Source: Patellaria atrata CBS 101060 (lineage: Eukaryota). From it: DNA of 64,000 nucleotides. Positions within the stretch are counted from its first letter, which is position 1, and every line of letters starts with the position of its first letter. This document shows positions 1-12,212 of this stretch, piece by piece. The notes beneath the pieces were generated by a model. It searched no databases. It was not told where the DNA came from and saw nothing but the letters and a program-made list of their open reading frames with translations. The position numbers were made by a program, and so were the translations under genes. The stretch is from NCBI GenBank assembly GCA_010093705.1, contig MU006103.1:531121-595120 (forward strand), in the 5' to 3' direction.

Positions 1-1
1 T

Positions 2-217
2 CGGTTTCCACGATTATCTATACTTGCAATTGAGATCCTCTCAATTCCAGCAATGAGCGATGAACCAGAACGAGTGTTTTCAGCAGCTCGTCGTACGGTA
101 TCATGGGAAAGATCACGCTTAAGTTCAAGAGAGTTAGAACATACTGAATGTCTTAAACATTGGGCAAAACAAAAAAATTTATTGAAAGGTTCGTACGATT
201 TGTTTAGTTTCACCTAA
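2..217 (+). CDS. hAT-family transposase, C-terminal dimerisation domain (5' part outside window)
   Basis: Frame 2 reads RFPRLSILAIEILSIPAMSDEPERVFSAARRTVSWERSRLSSRELEHTECLKHW...*, matching the hAT dimerisation signature (FP-L...LSIPA-S...ERVFS...R-RL....E...CL..W). Confidence 0.9.
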   Translation, partial: RFPRLSILAIEILSIPAMSDEPERVFSAARRTVSWERSRLSSRELEHTECLKHWAKQKNLLKGSYDLFSFT

Positions 218-319
218 TGGCTACTGATCTCAGACACACGTAAAGGTACAGATCACGTCTGAGTGCTACCAACAGCCCTGGATAGCTAGGCAAAGCAGAA
301 CACCGAAACGCCAGAACGC

Positions 320-886
320 TTAAACGCCAAAGAATACTTCGTACGAAGCTCTGCTCAACCAATGATTATAGCATTTTGGGGAGTAGCCCCTCATCGTCAT
401 CCAGCACAATAGCATTCCCAGGGGCGGTGCCGTCAGCTCCGTCAACCCCTGAACCAGGTCCAAGCACCCTGGCTCCTTGAGCAGGCTTATCTGGACCACC
501 AGCTCGTACGGAACAGCGTGCTGTATGGTCGCGCCATTTGCAGTTGGCGCATGTTCCGCCAAAGTGTCCCTCAGCGCGGTGACAACTAAGGAAGGGACGG
601 AAATCTCTCGTACGACAAGCCGCACAAGGATCAACGTCACCTCCACGAGACTGGATAAGAATCCCATTGACATATGACTGCCTATGAGATCCAATCTGCT
701 CGGTGTGATAGAGTCACGTACGAACTCAACATCAACACCTCCACCGACGGCCAGAAGTGCTCTATTCTGTGGGCTGTGACACCACGGAGCCAATTGCTGC
801 TGTGTTACGAGTAGCACCGGGTTGCGGTTCGCGTGAGCGGCAGCCGTGATCGCTGGGTTATAGAGAACTACTTGCGTATTGGCCAT
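320..886 (-). CDS. Hypothetical 188-aa intronless protein, no recognisable family
   Basis: Open ATG-to-TAA ORF, richer in GC than its AT-rich flanks, convergent with the hAT transposase. Confidence 0.5.
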   Translation of the reverse strand: MANTQVVLYNPAITAAAHANRNPVLLVTQQQLAPWCHSPQNRALLAVGGGVDVEFVRDSITPSRLDLIGSHMSMGFLSSLVEVTLILVRLVVREISVPSLVVTALRDTLAEHAPTANGATIQHAVPYELVVQISLLKEPGCLDLVQGLTELTAPPLGMLLCWMTMRGYSPKCYNHWLSRASYEVFFGV

Positions 887-1407
887 ACTATAGTCTTATT
901 AGCCTTCGTACGATAGGTTTAAGCTGAGTACTTACACTTTGAGTTACTAAAATCAAAGATTGAGAAGGAGAGAAGAAGAGAAGAAGAGAAATTCAAAAAA
1001 AAGATGTATTTTATACAAATTGGCAGGTAGGCAGGTGGGCCAGTAGACAGGTGGACAGGCAGGCACGTAGGCACGCCCTCGTGCCTTCTATCTTAGAACA
1101 GCTATAGATGTTATTCATAGCTATATAATCCCTTCGTACGAAGAGTATCTTTATTTTAATTAAATTTCTAAGAAAACGATAATATTTTAGTTGAATTCTA
1201 AAGAATATTAAAAAATCTTAAAATGCCAAGAGTATTGTTAAGGTATTATGATATTCGATACAATACCGATGAAATACCGAGAATACTAATACCTTATCGA
1301 TACGGATCGTTGGCCACACTGTTCGTGCAGATTGTCGATTTTCGAAGTTTGCCGCTCCACGATCGTAGCTTAAATGATATTGTACCCCACAGCCATTAGC
1401 CGTCAAT

Positions 1408-2696
1408 ATGCCTCAAAATGAGTATATGGAAAGATGGCAAAAGCTTCACGGCAAACGTCTCGACTGTAAGTTCTGAATAATCGCTCGCCAGCACTGGACA
1501 TTAGGCGTATCTAAAACTGACGGTCTAATAGTTGACGAACGACTACGTAAACGGAGGGCAAGAGAAGGTCATAAACAATCCCAAGATGCACAAAAACTTA
1601 CAGGATTACGAGCCAAGCTGTTTCAGGAGAAGAGGAGGAAGGAGAAGATCCAGATGAAAAAGGCGATCAGAGCGCACGAGGAAAGAAATGTCAAATCTTC
1701 TGGACCGACCGAACCATCTTCCACTCCTCTCCCGCAGTATCTGTTAGATCGGTCAGACCAGAACAATGCCAAAGCACTTTCGAGCGCTATAAAGAACAAA
1801 CGAAATGAGAAGGCGGCTAAGTTCAGTGTACCGCTACCGAAAGTTCGGGGAATAAGTGAGGAAGTAAGTTAGGAAGATAGACAGTGCCTGGGCGGGCGGT
1901 CACTTACACTATACTAGGAAATGTTCAAAGTAGTCAAAACGGGGAAGAAGATTCAAAAGAAGGGTTGGAAGAGATTAATCACGAAACCAACATTTGTCGG
2001 ACCGGATTTCACGAGGAGGCCCGTTAAGGTAAATCCTATCATTTTACGTAGCATCTTCCATGATCAGTCGCTAATATCGTCAAGTATGAAAGGTTTATAC
2101 GCCCCATGGGCCTGAGATACAAAAAGGCGAATATTACCCATAAGGAGTTGGGAGTGACCGTCCAGCTGGTTCGTCACTGGCCTTGAATCTAATTTTACGT
2201 CGAAAGAACTGACTAATTTTCCACAATCCAGCCTATTCTTAGCGTGAAGAAGAACCCGCAGAGTCGTATGTGCCGTTCAAGTTCTCATACTCGATTAAAC
2301 TAATTGAATTGTAGCTTTATCTACCCAACTAGGCGTACTCTCAAAAGGGGCAATTATTGTAAGGTCACTGTATACACCTTGTATCACCTCTTCTAACCGT
2401 ATCCACAGGAAGTGAATGTTTCAGAATTGGGATTAACTACTGCAGGAGGTAAAGTCGTATGGGGTCGCTGGGCGCAAATCGTAAGAATCTCCTGTATACC
2501 TCTCCGAAATAACAATTACTAACATATTTTGCAGACGGTAAACTATGAGTACAACCCAAAAATCGACGTATAATTTACTAACATAACAGCAGAACAACCC
2601 AGAGAATGACGGCTGCGTGAATGCGTAAGTCACCTCCATGGCACGGCTCCCTCATGAAACTATTTCTGACTACAAAACAGGCTTCTCCTTGTATGA
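1408..2696 (+). CDS. NSA2: Ribosome biogenesis protein Nsa2 (10 exons by manual splicing)
   Basis: Spliced translation [19 protein letters not shown]...[42 protein letters not shown]...[26 protein letters not shown]; nine GT-AG introns. Confidence 0.95.
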
Positions 2697-3184
2697 TTTT
2701 GAAGACATGATACCATAAAAGAAGCATCTCTTGGAGTCTGGCGTCTAAGCGATCATTAGGTTTATGGCATTTGAACAATTGGAAGGTTTAGCCCTCTTAA
2801 ACGAGTGATTGCACTTGTTTGAAGCTGTAAATAGTTAGAATCCTCAAAATGCAGTCGACAACCAGATTTCTCATGAAGTATCCGTGTTACGGTTTAACGT
2901 ATGTAGATTAACTTGTACGTGGTCAATATGGAAGGAGACCTTTCAACTTGAAAAGGGAGGCTACTAAAAGATATCTTAATCATATGATGATCTAAACACG
3001 TCACACCGCAGCATTTTTTGCATGACTCGTGTGCGCCTTTCACTCCTTCTCTATCAAATGTGCTGTTCTAACATCTCGCTAATCTTATAAGTGAAGATAC
3101 TTCAACGATGTACTCTCTAGAAGATATACTGACCGTTGGAGGTGAACTCAATTCAGGAATAAGTTGCTAAGAATCATCTTTTAC

Positions 3185-4006
3185 ATGACGGTCCCTAGAA
3201 GTACAATCAATTATCCGCCATCTATTCATTATTCCAATCGTACTTCCAACGAGTCAATTAGCTTGTTCCAGGATGGTACAGAACCTGATCTTCGATTTGA
3301 AGCTACAGAGCTCAGGTCGACTTCCTGTGAGGAATCTCAATTGAGGCAAAGAAGGTTATCTGATTTAACCACCTTACCGGACGACATCGAGACAGAGGAA
3401 ACAATTCGACGATGTCAACTGCGAAGGCAAGAACTTCACTGGTATGATGGGATTAACAAGTTTTGGAAGAGGCAGGTCGCTGTGGCTGTACCTGCGAATG
3501 CTCAAAGAGACCATCTAGGTGATCCATGCCCCTTTTATATCTTTGAGTATACTGTTTGATATTAGTATTATTACTAACTTGATAATTACTATATGTATAG
3601 CCCTTGAGCGCACGTTCCTAGGCTACCTCCGAACTTCGGTAATGCTATCAATGACAGGTGTAATTATAGCTCAGCTCTTCCGTCTCCAACACAGTGTCAA
3701 GCCAGACAATGAACTAGGATACTTCGTCCTAGGGACACCTCTTGCTGCGGCATTTATTAGCGCTGCAATGTTGGTGACAGCGTTGGGAGCATTCAGGTTC
3801 TGGAGACAGCAGAATGCAATGGTTCGCGGGAAGATCTATGCAGGTGGGTGGGAGATCACAGTCATCATGGTGGCCAGCATATTGGTGAGCATGCGACATG
3901 CTAAAGAGACATATATATCGTCAGATGCTGACCTTTTCGGGACGAATAGCTCTGTACGGCTACTTTTGCGTTGGCACTGGGAGCAGGCATACGAAGAGAT
4001 ACATAA
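3185..4006 (+). CDS. DUF202 membrane protein (2 introns)
   Basis: RDHL|ALERTFLGYLRTS motif across an intron, followed by hydrophobic segments. Confidence 0.85.
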
Positions 4007-4637
4007 TACATCAGGAACTATTTTTTGAGAGCAACCAGCGTGGACTTGTATTCAGAGGGAAGACTTCGGTGATATTTCTACTTTGAATCGCATTCAATAG
4101 ATTGGTTTGGTCTGATATTGGCTCTGTGGAGATACTCATCAGTGTTCACCGTAAGTTCTAAAAGCAAATGAATTGCTGTTTTACAGTCTCGTTAAAGAGC
4201 GTGTGGGAATTATTCTCTGTAAAACAGCCGACAAAGGGAAGTGCTTTCAATACTCTGGTGACTGTACAGTAAAGATTAATAAGATACCGTAGCGTATTCT
4301 TTTTCTTTGGCTTTTTGCGGCAATGAGACGCCACTTTCGGTTCAGGTTCTATTAGTTCTAGCTCACAGTTATAGTCCTACCGGAACAAATTCGGATCGTT
4401 GCCATCGAGAGTCATAGCGACCGTCTCCGCATAAGAAAACCGAATATTTCCATGCCAATCCTCGTACTCTTGTAACATTCACAACCTCTCATGACAATTC
4501 ACATTACTTTCTTCTAGCTCTGTGAATAATTTTGAGAGCCGATTTCTGTATCCTTCATTTTGCGCCCTTCCACGGGTTGCTAACTTACTCTTCTGTTTTT
4601 CTTTGCTCAGTGACGTCTTTTCCCGTAGTCCTCAAGA

Positions 4638-6540
4638 ATGGGCTTCTCCAAGTCAACCAGAATTGGTATCCTCCTTGGGATTGACACTGCTTTCTTCTTA
4701 TTAGAACTTATTGTTGGTATGAGCTCAAACCTCTATCTCTAAAGAATCAACTAACGCTTACACAGGCTATGCGGTTCACTCTCTTGCTCTTGTCGCAGAC
4801 TCCTTTCACATGGTACGTCTTACCATCCGAGGTATCCCTCCACACGGAACCTTACATAATATAGTTAAACGATGTTTTATCACTTTGTGTAGGACTATGG
4901 GCAGTGAAAGCGGCGACCCAGAAGACTAGCTCAAAAATGTACACTTATGGGGTGAGATGCTCAATTGCTGGTTTGGTCGTATATGGGAAGTTGACGTATT
5001 TTGATAGTGGCAACGCGCAGAAACTCTCGGCGCTTTAGTCAACGGAGTATTTCTCGTGGCATTATGCCTTTCAATCTTTCTCGAAGCCATCCAACGCATC
5101 GTTGAGCCTCAAGAAGTTAGCAACCCCAAACTCGTTCTTATTGTCGGCTGTTTTGGTCTGGCATCGAATATCCTAGGTCTCTTCCTCTTCCACGAACATG
5201 GACACAGTCATGGTGGAGAGGAGCATTCTCATAGCCATTATGATCAGGTAAAATCAGCTGAGGAAGGGCGTAACAGACAAGGTTGTCATGGAGATCCCGA
5301 ATCAGAAGTAGTGGCTGATCAGTCGGGAAATATTGCAGACGTCCTCCCACAAAGTCGAATCGGAAATTGGCCCTCCAGTAACAACCAGAAACTTCAATTC
5401 AAGGAACCTTCAGTGGATGGCCCAAGCGAAGATCGCACTCGCTCTCCCGCTTTTAGGCGCGAATACTCCTATAAACGTCACCATAGTCGATCAAGGTCTC
5501 GAGCCTATTCCGGTCTTGGAGATATTCCAATCCATCCTGCATCTTTCCGGAATGAAATCATTGCTGCATCACACCTCGAAGACATCGAATCTTCCAGTAT
5601 TGATACTGAAGCAGAACAGGGAGACGTCGAAAATCAGGACGTCGCCACCGAGACGACTTCTTTACTCAAGAGATCAAAGAGTAATTCTTCGCACATAAAT
5701 AAGTCCCATCGTCATGCAATTATATCTCCCAATAGCCCCGATCAACCTTCTCATGAAGACCATAAGCACAATAAACCCAAGGAAGCGGGTAAAGGTGAGC
5801 ACGGACATTCTCATGGGGATCTTAATATGCGAGGAGTCTTTTTACATGTAATGGGCGATGCACTCGGCAATATTGGTGTTATCGGATCTGCTCTCGTCAT
5901 CTGGCTCACAGATTACTCCTGGCGTTTCTATGCCGATCCAGTCATCTCCCTTGTGATTACCGTCATCATACTCTGTTCCGCCATCCCACTTTGTAAAGCT
6001 GCCTCTCGCATTCTACTCCAAGCAGTTCCAGCTGGTATCAGTATCGATGATATTCAAGAGGACATCGAAGACCTTGATGGTATCATTAGTTGTCACCATC
6101 TCCATGTCTGGCAACTTAGCGATCTGAAATTTGTTGCCAGTCTACACGTCCAGGTTGACTTCGATTTCAAGAATGAGGGCTCTGCGCGCTACATGACACT
6201 TGCGCGTGCGGTCAGAAAGTGTCTACACGAATACGGTATTCATTCGTCTACCATCCAGCCTGAATTTTGCCTGGATCCAGATCATCCGCATGCGGTCGCT
6301 TCGCGCAAACCGCATGATCATGAACACGATAGTGAGGATAGTGAACATGGCGCATCTTCGAACGGTTCTTCAAGACGAGGAAAGTCTGTTAGCAAACAGA
6401 ATAGTAGAACTGGAAGTCTCAGATCAGAGCTAGGTGCCTGCTTGCTGGAATGTGGGGATGAATGCGCGACGGCGAAGCAGTGCTGCGCTCCTAGAAGCTC
6501 AGAGGGTAGTGCAGATGATGGTCACGGACATAACCATTAG
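4638..6540 (+). CDS. ZRC1: CDF-family zinc/cadmium transporter (Zrc1/Cot1-like)
   Basis: SLALVADSFHMLND, YTYGWQRAETLGALVNG, a His-rich loop, LNMRGVFLHVMGDALGN, HHLHVWQL and IHSSTIQPE; three short 5' introns. Confidence 0.92.
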
Positions 6541-7259
6541 CCCTTTTACATTTTAAATGTACATATTGCTATCTCAATATCTTTCCTTTTGTATTAGCGG
6601 CTTGGGATGGACTCTCAGGATTGTTCAAAAGCGACGTATCATGGCGCCTTATGAATTCCATGTGTAAGATAATTTCGGTGGCGGTTAGTCTAGTTACAAC
6701 GGGGCGTATGGTTGGGATAAATCCCGGTGGCTATTGAGTTTTGGATAGTTGTCTCTATGTATTCTACGGGTTCTATATTTGATCGGAAGAGTAAGTTGTC
6801 AGTCGTTTATACAGTCGTGTGACTCTAGCCGTGCCGTGTTTGTCGTATGATTTGACACCCGCGCCGCCCCCTTAAATGTACTCAACGGGGCGTGCAATAA
6901 GTGTTTTTAACTACGTTCTCGGTAAGACTGAACTATGTAAATGACCTACAGTTGTACGACTACCGTACGTGCATCGTGAACATCCCCAAGAGCGGTCTAT
7001 ACTTCAGAGGTTATGGTGTGCTGTTAGTACAGTAAGCAGATAGTGAGCAAGGCTGTCAAATAATGTCGAACCCAATTTAAAATGTACTAAGAGATTCTTT
7101 TTGTCGTTCCATTCATATGCTTTTAAGGTACTATTCCTCCAACGTCGGTTAAGCATCGTGTGAATGTACCAATGCTTCCCTCTCGAAATGGACCATAAAA
7201 TACAAGCACAACTAACATCTCTGCCAGATCTCCTACTTCATTCTCTACCCACGCTTCTC

Positions 7260-8472
7260 TCACTCCTTCGTAAGCCTATGTATCTCCTCAAAATAGAATT
7301 TGAGATCCTCCGGATCCACAAAAGGCGTGATCCCGTGTCCTAAGTTCGCAATCCATCCCTGTTTCCCACGACCGAACCCCTGCACCATCTCTTCCACCAC
7401 TTTGGTAATGGCATCGTGTCCGCCATACAATACACCCGGGTCTGCGTTTCCCTGTAGTACCTTACCATGCGCCTGTGCGATGGCGTACGCTTCAGCAGGT
7501 GCGTGGAGCCAATCCAACCCGATGACGTCGTAGTTCGTGTTGCACAGTGACTCGAGGGCATACCACGCCCCTTTCGCGAAGACAATCATTGGTACTTTGT
7601 CCTGCTCGAGCTCTGCTAGGCGTGTAGGAAGCGTATCCGCTATGTGTTTAAGATATGGCAATGAAAACTCAGCAAAGCACGAGGGCGAGAGTTCTCCTGC
7701 CCATGAGTCGAAGACTTGGACTATTTGCGCCCCGGCGATAACTTGTTGAGCGAGGAACTCAACACAGAGGCCGGCAATCTTTTGTAAAAGGGGATGGGAT
7801 GATTGACCGTACTTGAAGAGCCACGTTTTGGCTTGTTGGAATATTTTAGACCCGCCACCTTCTACCATGTAGGCGAGGAGAGTCCAGGGAGAGCCACAGA
7901 AGCCGATTAAGGGGACACGGCCACCCAGCTTTTTACGGGTCAGGGTAATTGCTTCGAACACATATGACAACTTTTCCTTTACGTCAACCTCGCGGGAGAG
8001 TATTTCGGCGTACTGGGGATCTGAGGGAGAGGTTAGGGGAGAGGGGAAGTGGGGCCCTTTCTTGTCGACCATGATCACCTCCATGCCCATTGCTTGCGGG
8101 ATCACTAGAATATCGGAAAATATGATAGCCGCATCGATAAGACCAGCGTATCTTTCGATAGGTTGAAGGGTGAGAGTACAGGCAATAGAGGGAGTGCGGC
8201 AGCATGTGAAGAAGTCATTGTCGCCTTTGGCCTCATGGTATTCGGGGAGGTAACGTCCGGCTAGAGTTTAGAGGTCAGAGAGATGATAGTGAGACAGGCG
8301 CATGGGACGAGGAATGACATACCTTGTCGCATCACCCACATTGGTGGTCGTTCGACCTGTTCGCCTGAGAGGGTATTAGACCGTTGGAGGATGGGGAGAG
8401 GGGCGATAGAGGTCTACCTCTTGCGGCCCGAAGTAGAAGATCATTCTTCATGGGTGGAAATTCGTGAGACAT
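7260..8472 (-). CDS. HEM12: Uroporphyrinogen decarboxylase
   Basis: MSHEFPPMKNDLLLRAARG, PPMWVMRQAGRYLPEY, AAIIFSDILVIP, QVFDSWAG, LQGNADP, WIANLGHGI; 2 introns. Confidence 0.96.
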
Positions 8473-8731
8473 GATAACTGATGATACGAATCTTTCTTTT
8501 TCTTTTGCAATATTGGAGTTCTTGAAAATGTGTCACTTCCACCATCCCCCACCTGCGGGGGGATTTTCTTCGGATACCGTAGTCATGATGCAGAGATTAA
8601 AATAGTTTCTATCCCTGTCAGATCTGCAGACATGCTTAAGCGAAAGCTTGTTCTGAGCCGCAAGCAAGCTACAGTGCCACAAGTTCTTTTAACAAACTGT
8701 TGCACGAATATGACAGATGGGAATATAAAAG

Positions 8732-11700
8732 ATGAGGCGAGGTCAATATGCAGGCCAATCTCTCAGGGTGTGGTTGCTATTCCTTTTTCCTGAAAATAGT
8801 TCATCCAAATTTATTCACCCGGTTCTCCTATCGCGATCCGCGAACACGCGTTCGAAGCGTACCCCTTTTCAACGACACCCCATAACGACAGCTCATACCC
8901 ATCGTGCGAAGAAGAAGACAACGATAGAATTTAGTGAATTGCCTCAGGGAATTGTGAAATCTACTCTTCCAATTCCGGTAGAAGAGGATGATGGACCTGT
9001 ATATTCTCCTGTTGTTCAACAGGCACGTAACAATATGAGGAAATTTAATCACTGTGTTCTTTTGACCCGAGTTGGGAACTTTTATGAAGTACCTTGTACC
9101 CTAAATCTGTAGCTAGTCCGGTCACTGATCCTGTTAGTTGTACTTTGAGCATGCGGAGGAATTTGCTCCATTGTTGAATCTAAAACAGGCCACAAGATAT
9201 CCGAGCTTAAAGTCTGGAGCCCCTCCCTATCCAATAGTAAGAAGAACCATATCTTTCATGCGGGAAAAATAAATCTGATAGACTTGTCTAGGCAGGTTTT
9301 CCGTATTACCAGCTGGATAGATATCTCAAGGTTCTCGTTCAAGATCTCCGTAAGCACGTGGCGATCAGTGAGGAAATTCCTAATGATGCTTCCGATGAAG
9401 CGAAATCCGGTCTACAGAATGACCGGAAAGTGACTCGGGTTGTTACGCCAGGGACATTAATTGATGAGAAATTCATGGATCCGTGGGAAAACAATTACCT
9501 TCTCGCTATTCACCTAGAGAACCGAAATCGTACCCAGAGGTCATTAGAAGAAATCGAGGTAAAGAAGAAGGATGCTCAACTAAGCGATATCACTTCGAGT
9601 ATTGGTCTCGCGTGGCTAGATCTGTCCAGTGGAGAGTTCTTTACCCAATCTACCAATATGGAATCATTAGCAACTGCTGTGGCACGTATCGGACCTCGAG
9701 AGATTGTAGTAGATTGTACTACAGAGGATAATGATGGTCACCCTTTTGCTGCTATCATGAAGGAAGACCGGCATACTATCACCTACTATAAGGCCGACTA
9801 CAACCTCACTTCTCTTAATGATAGTATCTCTTCGATCTCTAAAACCGTAACAGGATTCAAACAAGCGAACTTTACCGAAAATGAGCTCACAGCGGCAGGA
9901 TTTTTGCTCGACTATGTACGGTCTCGACTGCAGGGTGTAGAGGCTAAAGTTCAAGCTCCAATGCCACACGCTGATAGCGAATATATGAGTATTGATAAGA
10001 GTAGTTTGAGGGCTTTGGAAATAAAGGCAACCCTTAGGGATGGTGTATTGGAAGGAAGTCTCTTACACGCTGTAAGAAAGACCGTGACAAAGAGTGGAAC
10101 AAGGCTACTAACACAGCGGTTAGGTAGGTCATTTCTCAGTATTTGATTGAATTTTATCTAAACTATCGCAGTTTCCCCCTCAATGTCACTGAGTACGATC
10201 AATGAGCGCTTGAATCTTGTAACAGAAATGTTAGGGGACCATATCATGAGACAGGATATAGTAGCACTTCTGAGACGCACACACGATACCGCTCGGCTTG
10301 TCCAGAAATTCTCGTTTGGAAGAGGCGATGCAGATGATCTACTCGGTATTTCGCGTACGATCCAGATTACTGAGCAAATAGTCAATGCTTTGCGAGAACA
10401 TGTTTCAAACAAAGAAGTGCATGATGATAAGTCACCGATTGGTAAAATGATCGAGAAATTCATTCTCAAAGAACCCTTAGCGCTATCGACACGTATCTTA
10501 GAAGCTATAGACGAGGAAGGGTTATCTTTAACACATTCAATTGAAGAGGAGGAGGTAGCCGAGCGCGTAGATCTTGCCGCGAGCATTCTCGCTGATGAAG
10601 CAGCTGGAGCGAAGATAGAGGACCTACCAAAAAGACAGAGATCGAGATCAAATATCACTACTACCAGGGGACTCATCTCCGACCGTGATGACATTTGGAT
10701 CATGCGCAAAGAAGCAAGCCCAACACTTCGTCGGCTCCACAATGAGCTCGACCAACTTTATAAAGAAAAAGATAATCTGGGGAAAACCCTCAACGAACAG
10801 CTAGGCACATCAAACCTCACCCTACGGTGGGCGCCTGGTTTGGGCCACTACGTCTACATCACCGGTCGGGATGTTCGCGCCTCATTTTCCGAGTTTCCTA
10901 CCGCCCGTACTGTCCGCTCCAGTAAGTCCACCAAATCCCTTCACCTACCATCATGGACGCGACTCGGCGAGCGCCTTGACGAATCCAAATCCCGCATCCG
11001 TGGCGAGGAGACCCGAGTTTTCTCCTCCCTCCGAAAACTCGTGTTACACAGCCTCCTCAAATTACGCTGTAATGCTGCTCTTCTCGATGAGCTTGATGTC
11101 GCTGCTTCCTTCGCGGGACTTGCTGAATCGAACAATCTTGTCCGTCCTGATTTGAATCGTGGCACCAGTCATCATATCGTCGCGGGCCGCCACCCCGTCG
11201 TCGAGCGCGCGCTTCAAACTTCCGGTCGCTCCTTTACACCGAATGACTGCGCCGTAGGTTGTCCGGGTGACCAGATTCTCCTAATTACAGGTCCAAATAT
11301 GGCAGGCAAATCAACCTTCCTCCGACAGAACGCGCTTATCTCCATCCTAGCGCAAACCGGCTCGTACGTCCCGGCAGCTTACGCTTCGCTGGGACTGGTC
11401 GATGCAATTTTCACACGGGTCGGTAGCGCAGATGATCTGTATGCGGATCGCTCAACATTCATGCTCGAAATGCTGGAGACAGCGCGGATCCTTCGAGCGG
11501 CGACGAAGCGAAGTTTTGTGGTTATGGATGAGGTGGGTAGGGGTACGACGCCAGAGGATGGGGTAGCTGTCGCGTTTGCGGCTTTACATCATCTCAAGTT
11601 TGTTAACAAGTCTAGGACTTTGTTTGCGACGCACTTTTATAGGTTAGCGGATATGACGGAAGGGTGGAAGGGAGTGGGAAGGTGGTGTTCTGATGTGACT

Positions 11701-11910
11701 GAGAATGATGAGTTGCACGAGGAAAGAGGGAAAAGGAGCTGGGTTTATGTGCATAGGTTGAAGGAAGGGGTTAATAGGAATAGTCATGCATTGAAGGTTG
11801 CTAGAATGGCGGGAATGCCTGTGGAGGCAATGAGAATAGCAGAGAAGGCGCTGAAGGAGATGAAAAGGGAGAGGAGAGAGAGACATATAGGGGTATATGA
11901 AGGGGAGTAA
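8732..11910 (+). CDS. MSH1: Mitochondrial MutS homolog
   Basis: VLLTRVGNFYE|LYFE mismatch-binding motif, RVVTPGTL, Walker A ITGPNMAGKSTFLRQ, STFMLEM, MDEVGRGT, LFATHF; 3 introns; basic N-terminus. Start codon uncertain. Confidence 0.92.
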
Positions 11911-12212
11911 ATGGTGGTAGAGTAGCAAAAGATGACATAAAGAAACCAGGGGAGAAAGAACTAGGGGGATGACTTGAGTGGTATGTTTTGAGTGCATTGG
12001 CATATTATCTTTTGTTTGGAGATACCCCCTCTATTTTGTTAGTATTTTGTGGAGTCATTCTACCCTTGTATAATAGTTTTACCCGTTATAGTCGCGTATA
12101 CCTTCTCTTGCTAAAGCCAAGGCGGGAAGTAATTGTTGAACATCCTTCTAGTAGACTATATGTACATGACGCTAAAAAAAGGAGATAACGTTATTCATAT
12201 ACACTCATGGTT

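Larger units (their letters stand above)
1..1321 (+). mobile_element. Right-hand part of a hAT DNA transposon (or two nested ones); candidate ends at 280 and 1321
   Basis: Transposase tail at 2-217. Two CTG-ending candidate termini: ...ccaacagccctg at 280 (reverse complement CAGGGCTGTTGG) and ...tggccacactg at 1321 (reverse complement CAGTGTGGCCAA). The second is preceded by clustered AATAC/GTATT subterminal repeats (about 1230-1295). The left end and TSD are outside the window. Confidence 0.55.

Noticed and set aside
10158..10742. 194-aa antisense ORF, and many similar shadow ORFs inside the NRPS, GH127 and reductase genes
   Set aside because: They lie opposite well-supported genes and have no recognisable motifs.
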